Positions 9,156 through 19,229 of a DNA stretch of 64,000 nucleotides are shown here, piece after piece. The stretch comes from Candidatus Xenobia bacterium. Lineage in GTDB: Bacteria > Vulcanimicrobiota > Xenobia > Xenobiales > QWHO01. Within the stretch, counting starts at the first letter, position 1; each line of letters opens with the position of its first letter. Under the pieces are notes generated by a model that saw only the letters and a list, made by a program, of their open reading frames with translations, was not told the DNA's origin and did no database searches. The stretch covers positions 96,001 to 160,000 of the forward strand of contig BTUM01000003.1 in the NCBI GenBank assembly GCA_045863235.1, read 5' to 3'. The position numbers and the translations under genes are program-made.

Positions 9156-9374
9156 ATGTGCCTGGCCATCCCGGGGAAGATCCTGTCTCTGGCCGACCAG
9201 CTGGCCACCGTGGACGTGTCGGGGGTGCGGCGCGAGGTGAACGTGGCCCTCCTGCCGGACCTGAAGGTGGGCGATTGGGTGCTGATCCACGTAGGCTTCG
9301 CTCTCTCGCGCCTCAATGAGGAGGAAGCCCGGCAGACCTTGACCTACCTCGAGCAACTGGGCGAGCTGGAATGA
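9156..9374 (+). CDS. hypC: Hydrogenase maturation chaperone HypC
   Basis: MCLAIPG N-terminus and GDWVLIHVGFA. Confidence 0.95.
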   Translation: MCLAIPGKILSLADQLATVDVSGVRREVNVALLPDLKVGDWVLIHVGFALSRLNEEEARQTLTYLEQLGELE

Positions 9375-10471
9375 ACTATCTCGACGAGTTCCGCGACCCC
9401 GCCCTGGCAGGCAGGCTGCTGTCGGAGATCAAGGCCCTGGCGGGCGATCGCCCCCTCAAGGTCATGGAGATCTGCGGCGGGCACACCCATGCCATCTACC
9501 GTCACGGCCTCGACCAGCTGTTGCCTCCCAACATCGAGCTCGTCCATGGTCCCGGCTGCCCGGTCTGCGTCATCCCGCTCGGTCGCATGGACGACGCCCT
9601 GGCCCTGGCCCGCCAGGAAGGCGTCATCTTCGCAAGCTACGGGGACATGCTGGCCGTGCCCGGGTCGCAGGGCAGCCTGACCGACGCCCGCGCAGCCGGG
9701 GCCGACGTTCGCTTCGTCTACTCCCCTCTCGACGCCCTCAAGCTGGCCCGCCAGCACCCGGAGCGCCAGGTGATCTTCCTGGCCGTGGGCTTTGAGACCA
9801 CCGCTCCGGCCACCGCCCTGACCCTGCTCCAGGCCGCCAGAGAAGAGGTCACCAACCTCAGCTTCTTCGTCAACCACGTGCTCATCATGCCGGCCATGCG
9901 AGCCCTGCTCGACTCTCCCAACCTGAGCCTCGACGGCTTCATCGGGCCCGGTCACGTCAGCACCGTGATCGGCCTGGAGCCCTACCGGGTCATTCCTGAG
10001 GAATACCGAAAGCCGATCGTGGTGGCCGGGTTCGAGCCGCTGGACATTCTGCAGGCCCTCCTGATGCTGCTGCGTCAGCTCGCGGACGGGCGCTGCGAGG
10101 TCGAGAATCAGTATGGCCGAGCCGTGACTGCGACGGGCAACCCCACGGCCCGCGCAGTTCTCTCGCAGACCATGGAGCCGCGCGAGGAATTCGAGTGGCG
10201 GGGGCTGGGCGTGATCCCCCGCAGCGCCCTGCGTCTGCGCGATGATTATGCGGCCTACGACGCCGAGCGAAGGTTCACCGTGCCGGGTCTGCGCCTGGAA
10301 GACCCCAAGGCCTGCCAGTGCGGCCAGGTCTTGCGGGGGGTGCTCAAACCCTGGCAGTGCAAAGTCTTCGGCACCGCCTGCACGCCCGAGACCCCAATCG
10401 GCACCTGCATGGTCAGCCCCGAGGGAGCCTGCGCTGCCTACTACAATTACGGCCGCCTCAGCCAGCGATGA
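9371..10471 (+). CDS. hypD: Hydrogenase maturation protein HypD
   Basis: MEICGGHTH, GPGCPVC, GFETT, PGHVS and CMVSPEGAC motifs. Confidence 0.97.
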   Translation: MNYLDEFRDPALAGRLLSEIKALAGDRPLKVMEICGGHTHAIYRHGLDQLLPPNIELVHGPGCPVCVIPLGRMDDALALARQEGVIFASYGDMLAVPGSQGSLTDARAAGADVRFVYSPLDALKLARQHPERQVIFLAVGFETTAPATALTLLQAAREEVTNLSFFVNHVLIMPAMRALLDSPNLSLDGFIGPGHVSTVIGLEPYRVIPEEYRKPIVVAGFEPLDILQALLMLLRQLADGRCEVENQYGRAVTATGNPTARAVLSQTMEPREEFEWRGLGVIPRSALRLRDDYAAYDAERRFTVPGLRLEDPKACQCGQVLRGVLKPWQCKVFGTACTPETPIGTCMVSPEGACAAYYNYGRLSQR

Positions 10472-11520
10472 GCGAAGCCGAGGTCCGAGAGAAGATCGAG
10501 CGGGCCCGGCGGGCGCGACGCGGTAAGCTCTACCTCAACGAAGAGCGCATCACCCTCAATCATGGCGCAGGCGGCAAGGCTTCCAGCGTGCTCGTCGAAG
10601 GTCTCTTCGCGGAGGCGCTGGAGATGGAGGCTCTGGAGGATGCTGCCCGGCTCGGCGACGACCTGGTTTTGACCACCGACTCCTACGTGGTCGACCCCAT
10701 CTTCTTCCCCGGGGGTGATATCGGCTCGCTGGCAGTGCACGGAACCCTGAACGATCTCGCAACCAGCGGCGCCGAGCCCATCGCCCTCTCTCTAGGAGTC
10801 ATCCTGGAGGAAGGCTTTTCGATACAGGATCTACGCCGCATCGTCCAGTCGGCCGCCGCCGCCTGCCGCTCAGAGAACGTGCGGGTGGTGACCGGGGATA
10901 CCAAGGTGGTGCCCCGCGGCAAGTGCGACAGGATTTACCTCAATACCACAGGCTTGGGTCGCATCCGCCATTCCCACCGCCTCTCCCTGGCCAGCGCCCG
11001 CCCCGGGGACGCGGTCCTGGTGAGCGGTCCGATCGGCGATCACGGCATCACTATCCTGGTGGCTCGCGGCGATCTGCACCTCGACCTCGAGCTGGCCAGC
11101 GACTCGGCCCCGGTCACCCGCCTGGCCCGGGCACTGGTGGAAGGCCTGGAGGAGGTGCACTGCCTGAAGGATCCCACCCGCGGCGGCGTGGCCACCTCGC
11201 TCAACGAGATCGCCGCCGCTTCCGACGTGGCGATCGCCCTTCGGGAGAGCGCGCTCCCCATCCGGCCGCAAGTGGCCGGGGCCTGCGAGCTGCTCGGAAT
11301 CGATCCTCTCCACGTCGCCTGCGAAGGGCGCCTGCTGGCCGTCGTGCCGGGAGCCCTGGAAGAGAAAGCCCTGGCCGTCATGCGCTCTTTCGACCCGCAG
11401 GCCGCGGTGGTCGGAGAAGTCCAGGAGAAGCCGGCCGGGACCGTCTTCTTGCGCACCCGACTGGGCGCCACCCGCGTGCTCGACATGCTGGCGGGCTCGC
11501 CGCTTCCTCGAATCTGCTGA
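10468..11520 (+). CDS. hypE: Hydrogenase maturation carbamoyl dehydratase HypE
   Basis: HGAGG, TTDSYVVDPIFFPGGDIG, GDTKVV, DPTRGG and C-terminal PRIC. Confidence 0.97.
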   Translation: MSEAEVREKIERARRARRGKLYLNEERITLNHGAGGKASSVLVEGLFAEALEMEALEDAARLGDDLVLTTDSYVVDPIFFPGGDIGSLAVHGTLNDLATSGAEPIALSLGVILEEGFSIQDLRRIVQSAAAACRSENVRVVTGDTKVVPRGKCDRIYLNTTGLGRIRHSHRLSLASARPGDAVLVSGPIGDHGITILVARGDLHLDLELASDSAPVTRLARALVEGLEEVHCLKDPTRGGVATSLNEIAAASDVAIALRESALPIRPQVAGACELLGIDPLHVACEGRLLAVVPGALEEKALAVMRSFDPQAAVVGEVQEKPAGTVFLRTRLGATRVLDMLAGSPLPRIC

Positions 11521-11544
11521 GGAATTTGCCCAGGTTCGGACGCA

Positions 11545-11625
11545 GTCAAGGGGTTTCCGGCTTCGCTCCAAGCCTGAGAACGCGCGGGCAAGAAGCTGGA
11601 ACGCTTACCGGGCCCGCGTTCCAGT
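11545..11625. repeat. Composite of degenerate intergenic repeat fragments
   Basis: GTCAAGGGGTTTCCGGCTTCGC (as at 31.7 and 40.3 kb) followed by AACGCGCGGG...CCCGCGTTCCAGTC (as at 23.3 and 25.6 kb). Confidence 0.55.
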
Positions 11626-12323
11626 CAGGGCTGCTCCCCCGCCCCCACGATCAGCGCGCTGTCGAGCCCGGCGGCGGCATAGCCAGTGGCAAAGCAGGTC
11701 AGCAGGAAGGCCTGATAGGCCGCCTTCGGAAGCCCTGAGTCGGGGATCGACCCCGCCTGCTCCACCGCTTCGGTGCCGGTGGCCTTGGCCATGAACGAGG
11801 CCTGGCGCACGGCCCACACACCCATGTCGCGCAGCCCTGCGGCGGCGCCGGCCAGGATTTCCTTGAGGCGCTTCTCGAGCTCCTCGCGGTCGGGCAGGGC
11901 CTCGGTCTCGATGGCGCTGGGGGCCACGATGGGGGCGGCCTGCAGCGCCTCGTCCTTGTGCAGCACGAAGAGCAGCGTCCCGTCGATGGCGCCGGCCAGG
12001 AGGCCCATCTGCAGGGCCTGCAGGGCCGCCTCGCGACAGGTCTCGGACAGGGCCGGCACCCGGTCGACCTGATGCAGTTGCGAGCAGAAGTTGTCCTTCA
12101 CCACCGTGCTCATGTTTTCCAGCACCGGAGTCCAGCGCGCCGGGTCTTGCTGCAGCATCTCCGAGCCCTGGGTGATGAACTGGTCGGTGTCGCGATAAAG
12201 CTCCTCGGCGCCAGCGGCCGTGGCGGGCCGGGTGCGCATCAGCGAAACGGCCGAGGGGAAGGTGTCTGCAGTGACGATCATGGGACCTCCGGGCATATTC
12301 AAACGCGGAGCGTCGTGCTCCAC
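11625..12323 (-). CDS. Hypothetical protein
   Basis: 232-aa ORF with protein-like composition; TAAACT hexamer 7 nt before the GTG (possible leaderless start). Confidence 0.7.
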   Translation of the reverse strand: MEHDAPRLNMPGGPMIVTADTFPSAVSLMRTRPATAAGAEELYRDTDQFITQGSEMLQQDPARWTPVLENMSTVVKDNFCSQLHQVDRVPALSETCREAALQALQMGLLAGAIDGTLLFVLHKDEALQAAPIVAPSAIETEALPDREELEKRLKEILAGAAAGLRDMGVWAVRQASFMAKATGTEAVEQAGSIPDSGLPKAAYQAFLLTCFATGYAAAGLDSALIVGAGEQP

Positions 12324-12370
12324 CGGAGGCAGTTTAGCCCACGATCCGAGGTCAGAACGTGAAAAAGTTG

Positions 12371-12871
12371 TTACCGCTTCTCAGGAGGGAAGACCACGAT
12401 CTGGACCGAGCGCGTGCCCCACTGGTAGCACTGGCTGGCCGACGGGAACCAGACGTCGATGAAGTTGCCCCGCACCGCGCCGCCTGTGTCCAGGGCGCGG
12501 CCCCAGCCATATCCGTGCACGTAAATCAGCGAGCCCATGGGGATCACGCGCGGATCGACCGCGATCGTGCCCAGCTCGACCCGAGTGCCGCGAGCCGTGA
12601 AGCCCTGCAGGCAGTAGGCGGTGGAGTGGACGGTCAGGCGTCGGCCGGTGCCCGGCTCGGGGGGAGGCGCCAGGCGATCGAATTTGCCCGTGGGACGGCG
12701 GTTGACGGTGTGTACCGGAAGGGCTTCCTTCACGCCCACCTCGGCGGTGGTGCGAAACCCTTGCTCGAGAAGCTGGGCGGCCCGGTCGGTCTCATCGAGA
12801 ACGGGCTCTTGCGCCACGGCGCCGGTGCTCACCAGCCCCGCCAGGGCCAGAGCCGCAAAAAGTCTCTTCAC
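12371..12871 (-). CDS. Secreted 3D (Asp-Asp-Asp) domain protein, MltA-like
   Basis: Signal peptide; TAYC, IAVDPRVIPMGS and ALDTGGAVRGNFIDVW motifs. Confidence 0.9.
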   Translation of the reverse strand: MKRLFAALALAGLVSTGAVAQEPVLDETDRAAQLLEQGFRTTAEVGVKEALPVHTVNRRPTGKFDRLAPPPEPGTGRRLTVHSTAYCLQGFTARGTRVELGTIAVDPRVIPMGSLIYVHGYGWGRALDTGGAVRGNFIDVWFPSASQCYQWGTRSVQIVVFPPEKR

Positions 12872-14172
12872 TTCGCCTCCTCGAGGACCACCTTTTCCGC
12901 ATCCCCGTTGGTCTCGACCTCGGGCGGGGGAGGCGGGGGCGGAGACTCGTCCGCCTCCTGCTCTCGGTATGCCTCTTCCATCTTCTTGACGTAGAACGTG
13001 GCCAGCACCCGCAAGATCCCCACCGTGGGGATGGCCAGGAACATTCCCATGATCCCCGCCAGCTCAGCGCCCATTAACAGAGCGATAATGACCATCAAAG
13101 AGGGTAGACCGACCGACTGCCCCAATACGGCGGGCACCACCACATGACCTTCCAACTGGTGGACGCACCACATCGCAAACAGCACCACCAGGGCCCAGAC
13201 GAAGCCATGGTTGGCCAGGGAGATAAAGAAGGCGGGGATCATGCCCAGCGCCACCCCTGCATAGGGGATGAAATCGATGACTCCGGCGAAGACGCCGATC
13301 AGGATGGCGTATTCAACGCCCATCAGGCTCAAGACCAGGGCGATCGAGCTTCCGATCATCACGCATACGAAGATCTGGCCGCGAATGTAACGGCCAAGCA
13401 CGTGGTCGATCTGGTGCAGGACCTCGGCCGCCTCCTTCTTGTGATTGGGCGGTACGAAGCTCATGAAGCCGCGATAGTAGCGGTCGGCGTCCAGCAGCAG
13501 GTAGAAGGCGAATACCGGAACCAGGAAGACGGCGGTGAGGGCTCCGGCGGCGGTCTTGACGCCGGTCACCGCGCCCGAGAACGTTCCCTTCATCAGGCCG
13601 GGGGCCACCGTTTCGATCTGGTGGCGCACCCACTCCATCCGCACCGAGCTCACATCCAGGTGAGCCACATAGGGCTGCAAGATCGGAGGCGCTTTGGCCT
13701 GGATCCAGAGGAGCGAGTTGCTCAGCACCCTCTCGGCGTTGGCCATGGTGTGGCCGAAGTTGGTGGTGAGCGAGCTGAACTGGGCGTTGAGCACCGGGAT
13801 CAGATAGGCCAGCGCCAGCCCGATCAGGATGAACAGGAGAAAATAGACGATGGTGATGGCCAGCCAGCGCGGGAAGCCCCGGCGGGTGATGCGGTAGATG
13901 CGCCGCTGCTCCCCCATCCGGATGCGCCACTCGCGCCGGAAGGGCCCAAAACCGATCCGACCGGCGTAGGCCTCGGGGATGTAGAGATAGATCGGATGGC
14001 AGAAGAAGTTGACCGAGGGGGCCAGCACATAGGCCATCAGGATGGTCAGGGCCAGCATGCTGGCGGCCACGTGCACCCGAGCGATAAAGGCGGCAAATGC
14101 GGCCACCAGCGCCACCACGATGAGGAGCAGCCCCGCCAGGTACAGGTAGCGCCGAATACTGTCAGTGCTCAA
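12868..14172 (-). CDS. AI-2E family transporter
   Basis: Multiple TM helices; YIRGQ, FIPYAG, QLEGHVVVP and GMFLAIP motifs. Confidence 0.9.
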   Translation of the reverse strand: MSTDSIRRYLYLAGLLLIVVALVAAFAAFIARVHVAASMLALTILMAYVLAPSVNFFCHPIYLYIPEAYAGRIGFGPFRREWRIRMGEQRRIYRITRRGFPRWLAITIVYFLLFILIGLALAYLIPVLNAQFSSLTTNFGHTMANAERVLSNSLLWIQAKAPPILQPYVAHLDVSSVRMEWVRHQIETVAPGLMKGTFSGAVTGVKTAAGALTAVFLVPVFAFYLLLDADRYYRGFMSFVPPNHKKEAAEVLHQIDHVLGRYIRGQIFVCVMIGSSIALVLSLMGVEYAILIGVFAGVIDFIPYAGVALGMIPAFFISLANHGFVWALVVLFAMWCVHQLEGHVVVPAVLGQSVGLPSLMVIIALLMGAELAGIMGMFLAIPTVGILRVLATFYVKKMEEAYREQEADESPPPPPPPEVETNGDAEKVVLEEAK

Positions 14173-14178
14173 CAGGCT

Positions 14179-15339
14179 TCAGGGCGACATTCCCTCCATC
14201 GGCTGGATCGAGTGGGCCTCCACGAAGCCAGCCGCATTGGACTGGCCGACAATCTGCACGTAAGAGCCTGCCTGGAGGGCCTGGGGCGGAATCGCCACCG
14301 TGGGAGGGATGAGCACGTTCTGAGCCGAGGGCATCCCCGCCGGCTGCACCACCAGCATGCGCCGGGCCGGGTCGAGCTGCAGGACGCGAGCGTTCCACTG
14401 CACGATCTTGGGCCCGGACATGTCGGAGGTGATCATGCCCGTGTCGTCTTTATCAGGATCATCGTCGTCGTTGTTCATCATGCCCGCCTGGGTGCTGACC
14501 ATGTCGCCCTGCGGGTCACCCATGCCCATCATGGTGGTGCTGTTCATGGTGCCGAAGCTGCCGGGCTGCTGTTGCTGCTGGGGATAGCCGCCAGGCTGCT
14601 GGTTGTAGTAAGGCTGTTGCTGGTTGTAGCCGCCCTGCGTGGGATAGCCGCCCGGCTGCTGGGAGGGATAGGGGGTGTTGGGGGCTGGATTCATCGCAGG
14701 GTTGGGGTTGCCGCCCTGCGGGCTCATCTGGTTGATGGCCTCGGCGGTGAAGGGGCTACCGCCCGGGCTGGGGCTGACCGGCCCGGCTCCAGGCGCCTGA
14801 TTGGTGGGGAAATTCTGGTAGGGGGTCTGATTCTGGGGCTGATTGACCCCGTGCGCGTCCGCCGGAAGCTGTCCCGGTGTGGGATTGACGGTGGAGCCGG
14901 GGAAGTTGCCCCCGTGGGCGAGCTGCCCCACCACGCTGGGGCCGGTCAGATTGGGAGTGCCCTGCGAGATGCCGCCCACTCCACCCGGCATGGCGAAGTC
15001 ACCCTGAGCCGTGTAGTAAGGCGCGCGAGCGCTAACCTGGACGTGATTTCGCGAGCTGTAGAGGTCCATCATCAGGTCGGCCTGGATGGGCTTCTCGTTC
15101 AAAGCACCCACCACTCGGACCGCGACCTGCATGCCGTCGCGGAAGGCCGAGGAGGCACTGGGACGACCGCACACCTCGTAACGGGCCTCCTTGACCAGGC
15201 GCACCCGCACCGGCTTGCCGTCCTCCCCTACCAGGGTGAAGTCGGCCTTGCCGGGAGTGAAGTCGACCAGCTTGCCCGAACGGGTAGGACCGGCCAGAGC
15301 CGGCAGAGCCAGGATCAGCAGCAGCACCAGCAAACGCAA
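14179..15339 (-). CDS. Secreted protein: two OB-fold/DUF5666-like domains joined by a Pro/Gln/Gly-rich linker
   Basis: Signal peptide; AAGGAG SD; G..V.V.G beta motifs at both ends; PGGYPQQ-type repeats. Confidence 0.7.
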   Translation of the reverse strand: MRLLVLLLILALPALAGPTRSGKLVDFTPGKADFTLVGEDGKPVRVRLVKEARYEVCGRPSASSAFRDGMQVAVRVVGALNEKPIQADLMMDLYSSRNHVQVSARAPYYTAQGDFAMPGGVGGISQGTPNLTGPSVVGQLAHGGNFPGSTVNPTPGQLPADAHGVNQPQNQTPYQNFPTNQAPGAGPVSPSPGGSPFTAEAINQMSPQGGNPNPAMNPAPNTPYPSQQPGGYPTQGGYNQQQPYYNQQPGGYPQQQQQPGSFGTMNSTTMMGMGDPQGDMVSTQAGMMNNDDDDPDKDDTGMITSDMSGPKIVQWNARVLQLDPARRMLVVQPAGMPSAQNVLIPPTVAIPPQALQAGSYVQIVGQSNAAGFVEAHSIQPMEGMSP

Positions 15340-15422
15340 AGGCTCAGCTCCTTAGGGAAGTTCCTGCTTCTATTGTAAAGGGTGGGTGCAAGCGCAATTT
15401 TGTTAACAGGTTGTCCCGAACT

Positions 15423-15448
15423 CCCCGCGGCCTGCTCAGACCGCGGGG
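15423..15448 (-). terminator. GC-rich hairpin downstream of the SPFH gene
   Basis: CCCCGCGG-N10-CCGCGGGG; no strong U-tract. Confidence 0.4.
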
Positions 15449-15456
15449 ACGGGGGG

Positions 15457-16575
15457 TCAACCCAGCTTGGTCCCGCAGTTGGCGCAGAACTTGGAGCCCG
15501 CCGGAAGCTGAGCCTGGCAACCCGAGCAGGTCACCACGGCCGGCATCGGCGCAGGCATGGCAGTGCCGCAGTTGAGGCAGAACTTCGCCCCCTGAGGCAC
15601 TTCCGTCTTGCAACTCGGACAGGCCACCCCTGGGGCCGCCACGGCCGTCGGTGCCTGCTGCATCATGGGCTGCTGCTGCATCGGCTGTTGCATCATGGGC
15701 TGCCCCATCATGGGTTGTTGCATCATGCCGCCGTACATCTGCTGCTGCATCATCTGGGGCATCATCATCCCCATTCCCATGCCGGCTCCCATCTGCATGG
15801 CCGCGCCCCCGGCGCCCGGATTCTTGGCCATGTCGCCCATGGCGTCGGCGGCCTTGAGCTGCATGTAGTTCTGCACTCCCAGCGCTCCCATCTTGGCGCG
15901 CATGCGGAAGGCTTCCTGAATCTCCTCGGGGACCGAGATATCCTCGATGAAGAAATCCCTTAGCTCGATGCCGTACTTGGCGAAGTCGTCGCGCACCTTG
16001 ACCTTCATGGCCGCGGCCAGCTCCTCGGTGTTGGAGCGAATCTTGGCGTAAGACTCGAAGGAAGTGCCGATCAGGTCGTTGAGGCGCGTGCGCAGGCTGC
16101 CCTTGAGGAACGTGTTGAGGGCCTGGGTGGTGTAGAAGCCCTGGCCACCCACCAGCGTGTTCACGAACAGGGTGGGCTCCACGATCTTGACCGAGAAGGT
16201 GCCGAAAGCCCGCAGCTGCACCCAGCCCAGGTCGGGATCCTTCATATCGATCGGGTTGGGGGTACCCCACTTGAGGTCGGTGAAGACCCGGGTGTTGACG
16301 AAGACGACCTCGGCCGGGAACACGGTCTTCCCACCGGTGAGGAAGCCCTGCAGAATGTCGGTGATCATGGGCAGGTTGGCGGTGGAGAGCGTGTGCCGCC
16401 CCGGGCCGAACACGTCGAGCGCCTTGCCGTCGCGGAAGAAAACAGCCGCCTGGGTCTCCTGCACGATCAACTGGCCGCCAAACTTGATGTCGGCCGGCCC
16501 GTCCTCGGGCACACGCTGCACGATGGCCGCCGGGTTGTAGTCGCGCCACTCGATGACGTCGATGACTTTTGGCAT
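15457..16575 (-). CDS. SPFH domain protein with C-terminal double zinc ribbon (YdjI-like)
   Basis: LIVQETQAAVFFRDGK, KWGTPNPI and LRAFG motifs; CPSC..KFCLNCG and CSGC..KFCANCG. Confidence 0.9.
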   Translation of the reverse strand: MPKVIDVIEWRDYNPAAIVQRVPEDGPADIKFGGQLIVQETQAAVFFRDGKALDVFGPGRHTLSTANLPMITDILQGFLTGGKTVFPAEVVFVNTRVFTDLKWGTPNPIDMKDPDLGWVQLRAFGTFSVKIVEPTLFVNTLVGGQGFYTTQALNTFLKGSLRTRLNDLIGTSFESYAKIRSNTEELAAAMKVKVRDDFAKYGIELRDFFIEDISVPEEIQEAFRMRAKMGALGVQNYMQLKAADAMGDMAKNPGAGGAAMQMGAGMGMGMMMPQMMQQQMYGGMMQQPMMGQPMMQQPMQQQPMMQQAPTAVAAPGVACPSCKTEVPQGAKFCLNCGTAMPAPMPAVVTCSGCQAQLPAGSKFCANCGTKLG

Positions 16576-16576
16576 G

Positions 16577-17077
16577 CTACTGAACTCCCTTCAGGATGCG
16601 GTCGCGCTCGTCGAGCCTGGTATCGAGCGCCTGCACGTTCTGCTGCAGCTCTCCGAGCAGGCCACCCGGATCGGCCGAGCCGGTCAGGCTGTTGACGGTG
16701 CTCTCGAGCACGGTGATCAGGTTGATCAAGCCCAGATCGTGCTCATAGACGGCCTGCAGCTCAGCTTCGTTGACCTCGTGAGCGTCGAAGAAGCCGGCGT
16801 AGCCATAACTGGCGTGGCCAATGCGCTCCACCACGCGGTCGAGCTTGTTGCCCACCTTGTCGAAGCGCTCCACCAGCGAGAGGTTGCCAGAGGCCAGCAT
16901 GTCCTCCTGGGCGGCCTGCATCTTGCGCTTGATGGTGCCCAGCTGTTTGGCCATGAAATCGCGCTGAAGCTTATCGGCGTCGCGCCGGCGCTCGCGGTCG
17001 AGATAACCGGAAAAGCCCGGTATGCTGCGCATGAGGCGCTCTAAAGTGCCTTCCTGAGGCGACTGAAGGTCGGTCAT
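16577..17077 (-). CDS. Conserved helical hypothetical protein, in an operon with SPFH
   Basis: IPGFSGY.DRERRRDADK motif; GGAGGAGG SD; 1 nt from the next gene. Confidence 0.8.
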   Translation of the reverse strand: MTDLQSPQEGTLERLMRSIPGFSGYLDRERRRDADKLQRDFMAKQLGTIKRKMQAAQEDMLASGNLSLVERFDKVGNKLDRVVERIGHASYGYAGFFDAHEVNEAELQAVYEHDLGLINLITVLESTVNSLTGSADPGGLLGELQQNVQALDTRLDERDRILKGVQ

Positions 17078-17213
17078 TCGTTCCTCCTCCTGGAGATTCC
17101 CAAGCGCACGGGTTGAGCGTTACGTGCTGCTGGTCTTGCCTGCCTCCGTCGGCGCCCGTTCCTGCAAAACCTTGAGCACTCCACTTCAAGATGCGCGACA
17201 ATGTATACGCTGC

Positions 17214-19229
17214 TCAGGCGGTTACGGCCTGCTCGGCAGAGGCAATCGGAGCGTGAGTTGCTCCGTTGTCCGGGTGAGCCTGCGGGAGCGCCGGCCAGAA
17301 GCGCTTCAGGAAACGTGCCAGGGCCACGACGACCAGAGCCGCCAGAAGCCCGATAGCCCAGCCCACCAGCAGGCCCAGAAAGGTGCGCACCAGGGACACA
17401 GCCACGGGGGTGTGCAGGTGAGCGAAAGTATCCACCAGGCTGGCCTGGCCCACGGCTGCGGCCACGAGGGCCAGCCACACGAGCCGACGCCAGCCCACCC
17501 AGAGCAGCACCGGAGCCAGCATCATGGCCGGATGGCCCAGCACGAACTCCTTGAAGCGCGGGCGCACTCCCATGACGGCGTCCAGAAAGCGGCGCAGGGC
17601 CCGCTCCATCTCCATGGCCGCTCCTTCCGAACCGGGAGCGCCCACGTTGCCGGTGCGCAGCACATAGAGCAGGCCCAGCATGGCCAGCAACCCGAGTCCG
17701 AGGGCGTGCCACAGCTTGAGATCGAGGTTGAGCACCTGCATCAGCTCCTTGCGACCTCCCAGCCGGGCCACATAGAAAGCCAGCACCGCCAGCGGCACGG
17801 CCAGGCTCAGCAGCTTGACCCCGCGAAAGAGCGTCAACCCGAGCAGGACGGGCGTTTCGTAGAGCAAAGCGGCCGACATCAGGGCTCCGGCCAGGGAAAT
17901 CATGGTCACCCGGATCGTCAGTGCCATCGAGCCGCTCAGCACCGAGCCCAGTGATCTGCGCGCCCCCACCGCCTCCAGGAAGGGGAAGCTGACCACCATC
18001 CCCAGCACCGGCAGGGCGATGGACGAAAGCAAGCAGAGCAGCAGTCGACCCACCGGTGGCAGGCCCAGGAAGCTCCAGGCCGCCACGCCTCCGGCTCCCA
18101 GGCCGATCAGGCCGTAGACCAGAGTGGGCCTCAGAGGCACAACCTCGAGCAACAACAGGAAGGCCCCGGACAAGATCCCCATGCTCACCAATCCCAGTCC
18201 CAGGGCCAGCAGAGGGCCGGGGCGCTGGTCCGAGAGAGGGAAGGTGGAGGCCAGCCCGGTACGGCCGGCCAGCTCCTGACTCAACCCCTGGATCAGGGCC
18301 TGGTTGGTAGCGGTCAGATCGCCCACCTCGCGCCAGGGGGCCGTGTAGGGGCGCAGATAGAGCAGGCGCAGATTGCGCTCGCGCGCCCCCAGACTGTACA
18401 TCGAAACCACCGTCTCGGGCATCAGGCGGGCCTGGTGGGCCGGCACCACGGCCATCACGCGCACCACCCGGTGGGGGATGGTGCGGGCCACGGTCTGGAT
18501 GCCTTTCTGCTGCACCTCGGGTGAGAGCTCCACATAGCCCACCCGCAGGTTGTGGGCGTCGAGCCAGAGGGCAGCCTCCTTCAGCTCGCGCGGATAGCCC
18601 ACCGCCTCGTTGGGCAGTCCGCCGAAAATCACCCCGCGCACGTTGCGGATGTCCGTCAGGTTCTCCAGAATCCGGGTGGCCGGGATGGGCTTGTTCTCGG
18701 GCCGCAGCCACAGCTGCCAGCCCTGATCGGCCAGGGCGTTGAGCCGCTCGGGCAAGAAACCGAGCCCCATGCCGCGCAGGGTGGGCAGATCGATGGCCAC
18801 ATCCAGCACCATCCCGCGGCTCTGCACACGCTCCTTGCCCAGGGCCAGGGTCAGGTTGCGCTCGATGGCCGCCCGCTCGCCCTCCTGCTCGAAGACCAGG
18901 TAGACGTGGCCGGGACGGGCCGCCACGCTCACCTCGCTCAGGGCGCGCAATTGCAGCCCGTTGAACACCCGGGCCACACCTTCGAGCTCGAGGTCGTCCA
19001 GGGTCCATTCGGGCACCGCCAGCGAGCTCACGCCCAGCGAGCGATAGTGAGCGAGCAGGTCTCGCCCGTGCTCTTCCTGACCGGTGGCCCGGGCCAGGTC
19101 GATGACCGCCTGGTAGTCGAGCAGCAGCTCGGTGCTGCGGTTGAGCTCTTCGAGGTGGTGGCGGCGCACCAGCAGGGCGCCGGCGGCCACCAGGCCGACC
19201 AGCAAGAAAACCCAGAGGGTGCGTTTCAG
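17214..19229 (-). CDS. DUF5693 family membrane protein (probable CTG start)
   Basis: ERNLRLLYL, FRGVKL, RTGN, RPRFKEF..GHP and DTFAHLHTP motifs. CTG at 19229 overlaps the upstream TGA and gives MKRTLWVFLLVG. Confidence 0.85.
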   Translation of the reverse strand: MKRTLWVFLLVGLVAAGALLVRRHHLEELNRSTELLLDYQAVIDLARATGQEEHGRDLLAHYRSLGVSSLAVPEWTLDDLELEGVARVFNGLQLRALSEVSVAARPGHVYLVFEQEGERAAIERNLTLALGKERVQSRGMVLDVAIDLPTLRGMGLGFLPERLNALADQGWQLWLRPENKPIPATRILENLTDIRNVRGVIFGGLPNEAVGYPRELKEAALWLDAHNLRVGYVELSPEVQQKGIQTVARTIPHRVVRVMAVVPAHQARLMPETVVSMYSLGARERNLRLLYLRPYTAPWREVGDLTATNQALIQGLSQELAGRTGLASTFPLSDQRPGPLLALGLGLVSMGILSGAFLLLLEVVPLRPTLVYGLIGLGAGGVAAWSFLGLPPVGRLLLCLLSSIALPVLGMVVSFPFLEAVGARRSLGSVLSGSMALTIRVTMISLAGALMSAALLYETPVLLGLTLFRGVKLLSLAVPLAVLAFYVARLGGRKELMQVLNLDLKLWHALGLGLLAMLGLLYVLRTGNVGAPGSEGAAMEMERALRRFLDAVMGVRPRFKEFVLGHPAMMLAPVLLWVGWRRLVWLALVAAAVGQASLVDTFAHLHTPVAVSLVRTFLGLLVGWAIGLLAALVVVALARFLKRFWPALPQAHPDNGATHAPIASAEQAVTA

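Noticed and set aside
12324..12370. Membership of the 11625..12323 gene in the CTTTCAG regulon
   Set aside because: It has a leaderless-type TAAACT, but no heptamer 10 nt upstream and no tag.
13144..15378. 744-aa plus-strand ORF (likewise 26296..28908, 43889..46540, 50760..53219 and 38446..39915)
   Set aside because: Antisense or off-frame shadows of well-supported genes, expected in high-GC DNA.
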